DNA of 63,229 nucleotides, filler included, from Calcarisporiella thermophila CBS 279.70 (lineage: Eukaryota > Fungi > Calcarisporiellomycota), in assembly GCF_041956535.1 (NCBI RefSeq). It is 7 parts of 4 records of this genome, joined end to end, with 100 filler letters (N's around TTAATTAATTAA, not from the genome) between each part and the next. Parts side by side here need not be neighbours in the genome. Positions count along the whole stretch, not along the records: positions 1 to 26,607 come from NW_027192226.1; 6 more parts are not named here. The stretch is one strand, 5' to 3'. Below the pieces are notes generated by a model. It had not been told where the DNA came from and searched no databases. It worked only from the letters and a program-made list of their open reading frames with translations. Made by a program: the position numbers and the translations under genes. Shown one piece after another: positions 14,619-26,707 of the stretch (within the stretch, counting starts at the first letter, position 1; every line of letters begins with the position of its first letter).

Positions 14619-17600
14619 AGAACTTCCTGGGCACAAGGTAAAGTTTCTATTCCCGATGGGTATACACTAGTCTGAGAAGCTTGGTATTCATGGTTTGAAA
14701 CTCTTCCCCCCCCCCTATGTTGACAGGTGTCCGAGTCGATTGCAAAAACACGCAAATCGACGCCGGGAGTAGGATTGATCTCGCCCCCTCCTCACCACGA
14801 CATCTACTCGATCGAGGACTTGAAGCAGCTCATCTACGACCTAAAGTGTGCGAACCCGCGGGCTCGTGTGTCCGTGAAGCTAGTCTCAGAGGTGGGGGTA
14901 GGTATCGTGGCTTCGGGTGTCGCCAAAGCCAAGGCCGACCACATCCTCATCTCCGGACACGACGGAGGAACCGGCGCCTCTCGCTGGACGGGTATCCGCC
15001 ACGCTGGGTTGCCTTGGGAGCTGGGCCTTGCCGAGACACACCAGACCCTGGTGTTGAACGATTTGCGTGGGCGTGTCATTGTCCAGACTGACGGGCAGAT
15101 TCGCACGGGCCGCGACGTGGCCATCGCCACGCTATTGGGCGCCGAGGAGTTCGGTTTTGCTACCACGCCCTTGATCGCGCTCGGGTGTATCATGATGCGC
15201 AAGTGCCACTTGAACACCTGCCCCGTCGGCATTGCGACTCAGGATCCGGAGCTGCGGAAGAAGTTCGAGGGCCAGCCTGAACACGTGGTCAACTTCTTCT
15301 ACTATGTGGCCGAGGAATTGCGTGAGATCATGGCCAAGCTTGGGTTCCGCACGCTGAACGAGATGGTTGGTCGTGCGGATCTTCTGCGCGTCGACGACTC
15401 GTTGCGCACCGCGAAGACGGCCAATCTCGACCTGTCCCCAGTGCTCACGCCGGCCTTCACCTTGCGCCCCGGCGTGGCAACCTGCAACGTGAAGAAGCAG
15501 GACCACAAGCTCTACATCCGCCTCGACAACAAGCTGATCGACGAGGCGGAGCCCGCGCTCACGCGCAAAGAGCGCGTGCGCATCGATGCCGAGGTGGTGA
15601 ATACCGATCGCGCCCTGGGCACCACCCTTTCGTGCCACGTGTCGAAGCGGTTCGGCGAAGAGGGGCTGCCCGACGATACCATCCACGTGCGGCTTACGGG
15701 CTCTGCGGGCCAGTCTTTCGGCGCCTTCCTAGCCAAGGGCATCACGCTTGAGCTGGAGGGTGATGCCAATGACTACGTCGGCAAGGGGCTGTCAGGCGGG
15801 CGCATCGTGGTCTATCCTCCAATGGGGTCGCGATTCCGCTCGGAGGCGAACATCATCGTGGGCAACGTGTGCCTGTACGGTGCCACCTCGGGGGTTGCCT
15901 TTTTCCGGGGCATTGCCGCGGAGCGATTCTGCGTGCGTAACTCGGGTGCAACCGCCGTGGTTGAGGGTGTTGGTGATCACGGCTGCGAGTACATGACGGG
16001 CGGACGTGTCGTTGTGCTTGGCGAGACCGGTCGCAATTTTGCGGCAGGCATGTCGGGTGGAATTGCCTATGTGCTCGACCTGGACCGCAAGTTCAGCGAG
16101 CGGTGCAACTCGGAGATGGTGGAGCTCGAGACGGTGAACGCAGACGAGGAGATTGCGTTCGTGCGTGGCCTCATTGAGGACCACCGCCGCTACACCGGAT
16201 CGGAGATTGCCGACCGAGTGCTCAAGGAGTGGTCGCGCTACCTGCCCAAGTTCGTCAAGGTAATGCCCACCGAGTATCGGGCGGTGCTGGAGGCCCAGCG
16301 CAAGTCCCAAGAGGCGGAGGCGAAGACCAATGGCGTCGTGCAGAACGGGAACGTGGACGTGAGCGCAGAGGCCGAGGAGGCGAAGAAGCAGCTCGAGCCT
16401 GAAATCCAGGATGTTGAGGACGCGGCCATGGACGACGCGACCTTCGCAGCGCGCATGGGTAAGCTTGACAAGGTCCGCGGATTCATGAAATATAAGCGAC
16501 GTGGCGACCCCTATCGCAACCCGCGCAAGCGAGTCAAGGACTGGCAGGAGCTGTCCAACCGGCCCTCCCCCGCACAGCTGCAGGTCCAGGCGGCCAGATG
16601 CATGGACTGCGGTGTGCCGTTCTGCCAGTCGGACACCGGCTGCCCCATCAGCAACGTGATCCCCAAGTGGAACGAGCTCGTGTACAAGGACCAGTGGCGC
16701 CAGGCCCTCGACCGCCTCCTGTTGACCAACAACTTCCCCGAGTTCACCGGCCGAGTGTGCCCGGCCCCATGCGAAGGCGCCTGCGTTCTAGGGATCAACG
16801 AGGCGCCAGTGAGCATCAAGAGCATCGAGTGCGCGATCATCGACCGCGGTTTCCAGGAGGGTTGGATGGTGCCTCGACCGCCCTTGAGCCGCACCGGCAA
16901 GCGGATCGCCATCGTTGGGTCAGGCCCTGCCGGTCTAGCGGCGGCGGATCAGCTCAACCGCGCTGGCCACCTGGTCACCGTGTATGATCGCAATGACCGC
17001 ATGGGTGGGCTGCTGATGTATGGCATTCCGAACATGAAGCTCGACAAAAAGGTGGTGCAGCGTCGCCTGGATCTTATGGCGGCCGAGGGCATTCGGTTTG
17101 TGCCCAACGCCCACGTGGGGGTCAACGTGGATGCGGTGCAGCTGCGAGCCGAGAATGACGCGGTTGTCATGGCCACCGGCGCGACGTGGCCCCGTGACCT
17201 GCGCATCCCAGGGCGCGAGTTGGCGGGCATTCACTTCGCCATGGAGTTCCTGCAGGCGAACACCCAGAGCCTGCTGGACTCGGAGCTTGCCGACGGCAAG
17301 TACATCAGTGCGAAGGGTAAAAAGGTCATTGTGATCGGCGGCGGTGACACTGGCTGTGACTGCATCGGAACGGCACAGCGGCACGGCGCCGCCTCCATCG
17401 TCAACTTCGAGCTACTCCCTCAGCCGCCCGTGACTCGAGCCGAGGACAACCCCTGGCCAACCTTCCCGCGGGTGTTCAAGCTTGACTATGGGCACGAGGA
17501 GGTGCGCGTCCACACGGGCCGCGACCCCCGCGAGTACTGCATCATGACCAAGTCGTTCGTTCCCACCCCCGACGGGAAGGGCATCCAGGCGCTGCGCACG

Positions 17601-18014
17601 GTCCGCGTGGAATGGACCAAGGACGCCGCGGGAAGATGGCAGATGGCGGAGGTGCCGGGGTCTGAGCAGGAGTTCGAGGCCGATTTGGTGCTGCTGGCCA
17701 TGGGATTCCTGGGGCCCGAGGAGGCGGCACTCAAGCAGCTAGGCGTCAAGCAGGACTCGCGCTCCAACGTGCAGACTCCCAAGGGAAGCTATGCCACCAA
17801 TTTGGAGGGTGTGTTTGCGGCCGGCGATTGCCGCCGCGGCCAGTCGTTGATCGTGTGGGGCATCAACGAGGGCCGACAGTGTGCCCGCGAAGTGGACCGG
17901 TACCTGATGGGCAATACGTTACTCCCCGTGACGGGAGGCATCCAGCAGCGAGTGCTGGAGAAGGTGGTGATGCAGCCCGTGCAAGACGGGGTCATGGTTG
18001 GGGCTTCCCGCTGA
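11597..18014 (+). CDS. GLT1: NADH-dependent glutamate synthase (fused large and small subunits); introns 13076-13164 and 14638-14726
   Basis: [75 protein letters not shown]. Confidence 0.98.
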
Positions 18015-18645
18015 GGACTCCCCACCGGCAGCTCCCATTAGACAGCCTTTTATATATATAGCAAAACAGCCAAAAAAAAAACGGACACTTTTTTTCTTTT
18101 CAAAAGGATACTTTTTAATTTATTATCGATTTTTTTTGGAGAATGTACTTGGAGATTTCCACATCTTTTATTGTGTATATTTTGATATTAATATATATAT
18201 ATACTTACATGCATACATATATATTTAAGCTCTTTATTTGAATCTCTTGAATAATAAATCTGCCTTTAATAGTACCTCGATGGGTGTCCCCCTCTGATTG
18301 AGCCCTCGCTCAAACTCCTCAAGTAGGATTCCAACTTTGAAAATGTTGGCAGCCCGTGGCCATTGCAGGAATGCTTTCCTATTTTCTTTAGAGCCCAGGT
18401 TTGAAGCCCACGAGCAATAGGAGAGGGGGTGAAGGGAGGGGAGGGGATTTCTGCTTGTTCCACTGGCAAAAATAGAGATATAATGAAATATATATTCGGT
18501 TTTTCGGGTACATAGATATAGGGTTTTCACGCAGCCCCTCTACACTGAAACAGACATAGACTAAATGGGGGAGGGGGGGGGGGGCACAGACAGCGCTAGT
18601 CGGGCTAAACACACGATTCTAGGAAAAGAAAAGAAAAGGGGACGA

Positions 18646-21028
18646 TCAGCACACGCCGCTGTCCCTGACGATGTAGGGCGCCTCCTCCTCGCCGGCCTCG
18701 GAGTCATTCTTGAACTTCTTCCTGAAGGCGAGCGTGGCGTTCTTGAGCATGGCCCAGCGCCGGGATGCATCTCGCTTCGCGTAGATGGCCTTGATGTCCA
18801 GTTTGTCGAGCAGCCGCAGAGCCGCCATGATGTCCTTCACGAGCAGGTCCGCGCGGTGCCGGGCAAAGTCCTCGCGGATCACCACCCGAAGCACCTTGAT
18901 CTTCTCGGCCTTGGGGGGGAGCGTGTACGCTGGGATGATCCACCCGCGCTCGCGCACCCGGGACGCGACATCGAACTCGTCGTACTTCTGCTCGCCCGCC
19001 AGGCTGAACACCACCACCGGCAGGCCGTTGTTCAGGTTCGAGAGGATCCTGAACCGGCCGGTGCGCTTGAGGCAGTGGGTAAAGTACTCCGCGTTCATCA
19101 TCAGGTTGCGCATGATAGACGTGAACCCTTTCCTTCCGAGCCGAATCAGGATGTAGTACTGGGCGATGATCGGGCTCGCGCTCTTGGTGAAGTTAAGGCT
19201 GCACCGGGGGAGCAAGGGGGGGGAGGGGGGAATAAAAAGAGAGAAGCGAGAAGAGTGAGGGTCAACTTTACAACACAACCTACTGCCATGAGTGAGAGTT
19301 TACGTGAAGGAGGCCTGATCGGTTCCGAGGTAATTCACCTTGAAAATGAGATCTTCGGGAAGATACGTCTTATCACGAAAGAGCACCCATCCAATACCCT
19401 AAAGAGCAGGTCCTGTCACTTGAGAGTCATCAACTCCATCCGAAATGGTTTTATGGACTTACGGGAAGGCAGAGGCCATACTATCCCATCCGCATCGAAA
19501 TAATGGTCAGAAAAAAAAGCGAAGGAGGAGGAGGTGTTAGTTAGTCAAAAGAAGACGATAGCTCGAGAGGATTGGATGGGTCATCCCAGCCCTACCTTGT
19601 GGCCACTTTAGTTTTTCGGGCAAAACAGGGATAGAAAATGGTTAGTTAAATACGCCAACTTATTCTCTTCCTTCCCCCATAGCCTCTCTTTCAATTACCT
19701 GACGTTGATGCTGCTCACCAAAGGCAGCCGGAAGTCCCACTCGAGGCCGGGTTTAATAAAGGGGACAACCATTCCGCCACTGGCGGCATCGACATGAATT
19801 GGAACGTGCAACAGCCCTTTCTGGGTCATCAGATCGTTCAGGCCCTTGACATCCTCATATTCACCTACAAGCACGGAAATCCTTCTAGTCTCTCTCTGTC
19901 TGTCAAGGGAGGGGAAGATGGCCGCGGCCCCTACCTGTCATCGTGCTCCCTAGGATAGAGCACACCCCTATCGTGTTCTCGTCGATGAGCTCCACGACTT
20001 TTTCCGGCGTGGCAATGTAGGTGGTTTCGGTCAGATAGACAAACTTCATCTCTATCTCAAGGTAGTTGGCCGCCTTTTCCCAGCACACCTGTACATTTGC
20101 GCCTGGAGATAAGACGGCGCATTAGAGCTAAGCAAGAGGGGAGACAGAGAAATGACTCGGTGGTACTGACCCATGACGATATTCGGTTTGTCGGTGGGTT
20201 TGCCCTGTTCGCGCATCCGGTGTTGCCAGCGGCGCTTCATTGCCTGCGTTCATTACGGACGTTTATTAGGTTATAAAGTCAAGCCAATAAAGCCAGTGTG
20301 AAGATTACCAAGACGGCAAGCATGATTGCCTCGCTCGATCCCACAGTGCTGACGCCCAAAGCCTCCGACTGCGGATCGTTCATGGGCGCGTGGAACAGCC
20401 GGCCGAGCATGTTCACGCATCGATTCTGCGAGAGGAGGTCGCAAATATAAGCCGGGGGTGGGATTAGGATTTAACTCCAGCAGGGATACACTCGCATTAC
20501 CTGGAGCTCCACCGAGATCGGGTACTGCTCAAAGTCGATAAAATTCTTGTTGTTATTTTCCGCTATAAGCTTCTCGGCCTACTTGGGTGGCAAAGGGTTG
20601 AGGCGCAAAGGTCCAGTTCACTCAAAACAAACCGTATACTAGCCTCCTCTTCCATGTAGGTCGTCACGAAGCTAATCCCATGGCATACATTAATGATTCA
20701 GATCCATCTTACGCACTATTTACTCTCCATGGGTATTACCTGGCTAGGTTGAGAGCCGGCGTTCCGTCGAGGGCGAGCTCGTCCTTGATAAATTTGTAGG
20801 CAACACGGGGAGGCATCTCGTCCTCGGGCATTTCGTAGCGGGGAACCTCGGCAATGGCCCACCTGGTGCCGTAGACGGTAGAAGAGTAGACCTTGTGGAA
20901 AGAGAGAACACATGGAATTCAGAATGCGAGCAGAGTTGGAGCCCTAGCCATTGGTACCCTACCTCGCTGTTCTCCTCTTCTCCGTGTTCGAGGCGAGCAT
21001 CACTGATAGTGTGGCTGACAAAAACCAT
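18646..21028 (-). CDS. GAD1: Glutamate decarboxylase (PLP-dependent), about 11 exons
   Basis: LNLAS|FVTTYMEEE|[38 protein letters not shown]|SGHK|[16 protein letters not shown]. Confidence 0.94.
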
Positions 21029-21811
21029 CTGGAAACAAATGCTTTGGGGATGACGGTGCACAGCGCAGCCAGGAGAGTAGCGGAAGCAGGAAGGGAAGGG
21101 CAGGGAGAGGCTTTAAAAAATTTACCGGTGGCGGCAAACTACCCGTGATACAGAGGTCTTGCGTACTTGATCACTACCCCTTTTCTGGAGAAAAATCTCG
21201 GAGGCTATTTAAGGAAACGCGCTTCTTCATGAATTTCCCCGTTTATGATTAGCACTGGTTGAGCCGGAATTCTTGGCAGCAGGAGGCATTCCACCACACA
21301 CGCGGGCTGGGCGGAGCGCCCCAATCCCAACTAATAGCCGGCCCCACGGCGCCGACTTGGTCGCCGTCTCTTAGGGGGACCGCCATTACTAGGCCTCTGT
21401 TCTCCCTCACTGTCTCATCTGACTTAACCCTATATGAGCACGGATAAGGTGCGTCACGAGATGCGGCCTCCCGGGCCTTTGTGTAGGAGGGAGGAGGAGA
21501 GAGGCTGATCCCTGGGGGGCTTAGCTTCCGCCATTTCACGTAGTTTTCAGGAAAAACTGGGGAGCCACAGGAGAAAGAGCCCCGTTTATTCTCTTGAATA
21601 AAAATCTTAAATGGCCTTTTCTCTCTCTCCCTCTAAAAAAAGGAGAGAGGGGCCGATTCTCCAAGGTTGGAAAAAGGATCTGATTCTAGAATGGCCTTTC
21701 CGGCCTGCTTCTGCCTGGCAGAGCTTAATAAGCGATACTTGCAGCGTGAGAGAAGACGTGTCTTCATTCGCCCTCACACTGTATATAAATATATCCCAAA
21801 ACACACCGGCA

Positions 21812-23023
21812 CTAGCAAAACACCCGGATGCCCGGATCTTTGACCTCTACGCGCAATACTTCCCCCGCCGGCACCTTGCCGAACTTGCCATCCAGACATA
21901 CCCTAGTCTTGCGTTTCATGCGGACTTCCATCCTGCGGGCCTTGTAGTAGCTCTCGCTCAGCATCGCCACGTGCTGTCCTTGAGAAACCTTGACGAAGGC
22001 GGCCCCCATGGTCTTGCGCGGGGCGTCCACCGCCAGCACGTCCATCCACATGTCCGACGGGCTGGCCAGGGGCGTGATGCAAAATCCGCGCTCCAGCGAG
22101 TGCTGCTTGGTCGCCACAAAGTACACGAACTTCCCATTTGGCACGGCCACCTGCTCCTCTTCCTCCTCGCCGAACACCATGTCGCCCGCGCCGGACGGCG
22201 CCTTTGCGAGCTGGCGCACGCCCGCGAGGGACAGGTCTCCTACATAGCGCCGGTACAGAAGAAACTGAATCCGGCCCGCCACGAGGTAGGATTTGCGCCC
22301 GAACAGCCACCGGAGACGGTCGCCCAACCACACGACTTGGCAATGGAAGCCAAAGCTCACCACCATAAAAGCCCATGTGCTCCATCGGCCCGGGCATTCA
22401 GCATGCATCGCGAGCAGGGGGCGTGTCCTACCGCGCAGAATGCGGGCACATGCACTGGCGACGGTCGTGAGATCCAACGACAGAGCGAGCGCATTGCCTG
22501 TTCCCGTGGGGATGATTCCAATGCGATGGACGCGGGAGGGTAAAAGGGCATTGAGGATGTCGTGGAGCGTGGTGTCTCCAGACATCACAATAAGGGCGTC
22601 CTCGGGATCGGGGGAGAATGAGCTCAGCGCCTGGCGCGTGGTTTCTGCAAACGTGTACGCGACCCGGGCCATCTTGAGCATCGGCTCCACGGTCTCCTCC
22701 CACACTCGCTTGCCATTCCCGCCCCCAGCGACAGGATTCAAGAGGACGTGGAAGCGAGGAGGCTTCGGTGGGAGAGTGCCGGCGATCGCCGTGAACAACG
22801 CGTCGTCCCCATCGCATTGACTGAAGTCGAGCCGCTGCACCCTATCGCTGACAAAGAAGAGGAGGGTAGCGTCGGAGGCGGAGCGGTGCACCGCAAACAG
22901 GCCGTCGAGTGGCCAGCGCTCAACGGGCTCAGGGGGCGAAGTGGCGATCTGCAGCTCCTCCGCGGTGAGGCTCAGGTGGACATATTGCCCTTGGTAATAG
23001 GCCCCGCAGGACTCCGTGTGCAT
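21812..23023 (-). CDS. DAGK-catalytic-domain lipid kinase (sphingosine/ceramide kinase-like), intronless
   Basis: LLNPVAGGG, SGDTT, GIIPTGTGNALA and CLDG motifs in a 403-aa ORF. Confidence 0.8.
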   Translation of the reverse strand: MHTESCGAYYQGQYVHLSLTAEELQIATSPPEPVERWPLDGLFAVHRSASDATLLFFVSDRVQRLDFSQCDGDDALFTAIAGTLPPKPPRFHVLLNPVAGGGNGKRVWEETVEPMLKMARVAYTFAETTRQALSSFSPDPEDALIVMSGDTTLHDILNALLPSRVHRIGIIPTGTGNALALSLDLTTVASACARILRGRTRPLLAMHAECPGRWSTWAFMVVSFGFHCQVVWLGDRLRWLFGRKSYLVAGRIQFLLYRRYVGDLSLAGVRQLAKAPSGAGDMVFGEEEEEQVAVPNGKFVYFVATKQHSLERGFCITPLASPSDMWMDVLAVDAPRKTMGAAFVKVSQGQHVAMLSESYYKARRMEVRMKRKTRVCLDGKFGKVPAGEVLRVEVKDPGIRVFC

Positions 23024-23326
23024 CTTTCCTTTCCCTATCGGAAAAGCTCGGGGGGAGGTTAGGAGGGGAGGAGAAAGCTGGAATTCCGGGATTTGGCAAA
23101 GCCTCCACCCATTATCTGTATCTGGTTATGCAAGGCCCCGGCGATCCTTCCACCCTGTTTCCCCACAATAGTCATCCCTTCGTTATTTGGACTAAACGTG
23201 TTTTATATGCCCCTCCCTGTCCCCTGAGCGTTTTGCTTGCCCCTCCATTCCCCCCCTCTATTCCCCCTCCCTTCCGAATTCTATTCTCCATTCGTTAATT
23301 AACCCTCTAATATCCCCTCTCTAATC

Positions 23327-24384
23327 ATGTCCACCGCAGAGACCCTCCCCTCTCCGCATGCCTCCACGGTGTCGCTAGCCTCCACCTACTCCCTCTCGTC
23401 GTACACGTCCACCTCCACATTCTGGCTGCCCCACATCGCCACCACCGTCTCCGCCAGCATCGACTTCCACCACCGGTACAAGGCCCAGGCCAGCATTCGT
23501 CGCCGCAAGCTCTCGCACTTTTTTGGCGACCATCCGCCCCTCGACATCTGCGTGCGCGAAATCGCCAAGGAGGGCCTGAAGGCGCTGCTGCAGTCCAAGC
23601 TCCCCCTGTGCTACTTCCTGTACAGCCTGCTCCAGGAATTCTCCAGCGAGAACTTGGTATGCATGCCATTGAGATGCCGCCCACGCATCCTACTCACGGC
23701 CCTTTTCTCGTTCTGTGTAGTTTTTCTTCATCGAGCTGGAGCAGTACGAGTCCGTTGCGTACAAGAGCCGCGCGGAGATGCTCGAGAACGCCTGGCGCAT
23801 CTACCGCACGTACCTGAATGAATGCAGCCAGCTGGAGGTGAATGTGGATGCGCGGGTACGGCGGGCGGTGGTGGAGGAGCTTGAGGCGGGGGATGCGCTG
23901 CGCGCCTTCGACGAGGCCAAGGATGCGGTCTATGTGCTGTTGGAGAACAGCTTCTCCCGCTTTCTCAGGAGCGACCTGTTCGAGCAGATGGGCCGCGACA
24001 TCGGTAAGTCGGTTGCCAAGTTTGTCTCTGCGAGGCCGGAGGGGGACTGACCGCTTGGCCGATCTCCCCATAGGGAACATGTCGATCCCGTATCCCCCCG
24101 ACGCCGTAGACTCGGGGATCGAGCTGCTGATGAAGTACTTTGAGCGCCAGGAGGCCCTGTGCAGGTCCTCGCGCGCCGGCGAGGCGCCCTCGATTGAGCG
24201 CATCGACCTGCTGCGCTCCATGGTGCTCGGGTTCGTTCGCACGGTGCTGGGCATGACCCACGAGCGGACGCAGCGCAAGCGCTGGAGCGTGAGCCCCCCC
24301 TACCCGGACTCGGAGGCCGCTGCGGGCGCGGAGGGCCGGGTGCGAGACTTTTTCCGGCGGAGCAGCCGCGTGGGCCGAGTCTAG
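23327..24384 (+). CDS. RGS-domain protein; introns 23657-23720 and 24004-24073
   Basis: EFSSENL|FFFIELEQY, IYRTYL, LEVNV, FDEAKDAVYVLLENSFSRFLRS. Confidence 0.85.
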
Positions 24385-25327
24385 TCGCGCCGATAGGGCC
24401 TCCACCGCCGCGGGAGGGCGGTGGCATAGATATCCGCATGGAGAAACGGCCCATCCCTTACCCCCCCCCCCTTGCTATTCCAATAGTGCGCTTACATATT
24501 GCGGCTTCTGTGTCTTGCCATTGAGTACTGTGTATTGTTATCGATATCTATCCTGTTTCAGCTAGTGTTTTATGTAGTGGTTGTAATACTATCTTAATAG
24601 CATCGCCATCCGCATCATTTTATACTAATACGAATTATGGTTCCATTTCTTGTTCTCCCGGCCAAGCATGGAGGCCTTCAGGCGCATTGCCTGCAGAGCA
24701 AAAGAGCCGCGGGGCCACGAGTCGGCCCGCAGGAGGAGGCAAACGTGTGCAGCGATTCACTTGGCACGCTGCAGCTTGGGCCAAACGCGGCCCTGCGCAC
24801 AAGGGGACAGAGCTGGCCCAGAAGGGGAGGGGAGAGGGGGGGGGGGGGGCATCGCCAGTGGGAGGCCTTGAGCGTCATTTCTCGCCACGCGACCAGATTG
24901 GTTCCCATCTCCAATAGCCTTCCCGGTAAGGAAAGGCGAGCGTTCGCGGTGGACAGGATAAGGTTAATTGATGGCTTTTAATCATGTTGCGGCCGGCCTG
25001 GGCCGCCAATCGGGGGCGGGCCAGTAGGGCTGCCATTGCTGGTTATGGGCATGACTTTCGTTATTGATGGGCAGCCCATTTTAGACTTTCTGCCGGTAGC
25101 AAAGTTCCATTTCCCCTATTGCCCTATAGCGTCGCGTGTTGTGTTATGAACGTGTGCAGACCGCTTTCACCCGCTGCTAGACTATATATATGCCCGCGAG
25201 GGGGCCTTCTTTTCCCCAGCGCGCGCCCTCCTCTCTCTCCCTCTCTCTCCCTCTCTCTCTTCCCCTCTCCCCCGTCATTGAGCTGTTTGGCAGAGCTATC
25301 TCTGCGCTCTGAATCCCGCGGCCGTCC

Positions 25328-26115
25328 ATGAAGAATCCCCTGCCCGTGCCCATCCAACCCAAGGACTCGCCCTCCCCGCCCTGCTACACCTCATGCTTCC
25401 GCATCAATAGACACCATGGCGCCGATGAAGGAGAGATGCACTCGGCGCCCATGCACCTCAATCCAGCGCCTGCAGACTCGTCCCCATCCTCCATCTCCAG
25501 CAACTCCCCGCAGTCGTCGGCGCTGGCCCTGACCTCGACCTTCTCATCGTCCCCCCCCCATCCCAAACTGTCGACCGGCAAGCGCCGATCCTCCCATCTA
25601 ACCTACTCCCTCCTTATAGCCGAGGCCCTGCTCGCGCAGCCCACGCGAATGGCACGGCTCAGCACCATCTACCGATGGATCATGGATCACCACGCGGAAT
25701 TCCGGACTCCGGCCGCCGGCTGGCAGGTGAGGATTCGATCTGGCACACGCTCTCCGTCTTCCTCCCCCCTTTCTCACGCCGCTCATCTCTATTGCTCTAG
25801 AATTCCATACGGCATAATCTCTCCATCAACCGGCATTTCGTCCGGGTCACCCTGCCGCAGCGCGGCAAGGGGAACTTTTGGTCAATCCACCCGGACGCGG
25901 TGGAAACGTATACCCAGGCGTTGCAGACAGGACAGCGGCCGCGGCGTACACGATACCCCTCGCCCTCCTCTCCGCAGCAGCCGCTCTACCTTGCGCACCG
26001 CCACGAGCGGCTGCCCCCGCAGCACCCGCCGCCCGCCGCGCTGCAGGCGCCCGTGTTCCCCTGGCCGCCCAGCCAGGGGCGCAATGCTTTAAGAATTGAA
26101 AACTTACTGAATTGA
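25328..26115 (+). CDS. Forkhead-box transcription factor; intron 25727-25800
   Basis: TYSLLIAEAL, LSTIYRWI, GWQ|NSIRHNLS..RHFVRV, GKGNFWSI. Confidence 0.9.
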
Positions 26116-26607
26116 GCTTCGTGCTGTTCGAATTGTTTTTCCTAAAGTGTACATACGCAAATCAGTAAAAAGACTAATCGTTATCATTGATTTACAAGCT
26201 TGGATGAACCAATCGAAACTAAGGGTCCTCCCCCCGATATGAAACCGCCGACGGTTTTTTGATTTATTTACAGCAGGCTCCCAATGCGGAGAAACTTTTT
26301 CAATTGCGGGATTTTTCGCCCGTCTCCTCGAATATGATTGAGAGGGTCATGCTCCTTTTTTCCCTCCAGGTTTCGTCCATGCTTTTCTCTCTCCTGCCCG
26401 GCTCCGCTTTTCCTCCCTCGGCCCTTGTCTCTGCCTCCTCTCCTTCCCGGCCCCTCCCTCTCTGCGCTCTCTGTATGCTTTCCTGCTGAACCCCCCCCCC
26501 CCCGCCTCCCACCACAGCCATGGCTTGCTCTTTGCCGCCCATTGCAACCCTCCTGGATTTCCCCTTCCCCAGGCTCCCGCCCCACAACCTGCCCTCGCCC
26601 TCCGACG

Positions 26608-26707
26608 NNNNNNNNNNNNNNNNNNNNNNNNNNNNNNNNNNNNNNNNNNNNTTAATTAATTAANNNNNNNNNNNNNNNNNNNNNNNNNNNNNNNNNNNNN
26701 NNNNNNN
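26608..26707. other. Artificial contig linker (44N-TTAATTAATTAA-44N); same linker at 33384-33483, 47522-47621, 49402-49501, 53329-53428 and 60468-60567
   Basis: Six identical 100-bp spacers whose core gives stop codons in all six frames. Confidence 0.97.

Noticed and set aside
11881-26587. Many long antisense or alternate-frame ORFs (for example 18565-19503 and 21611-22543)
   Set aside because: Shadow ORFs of GC-rich genes with no recognisable motifs
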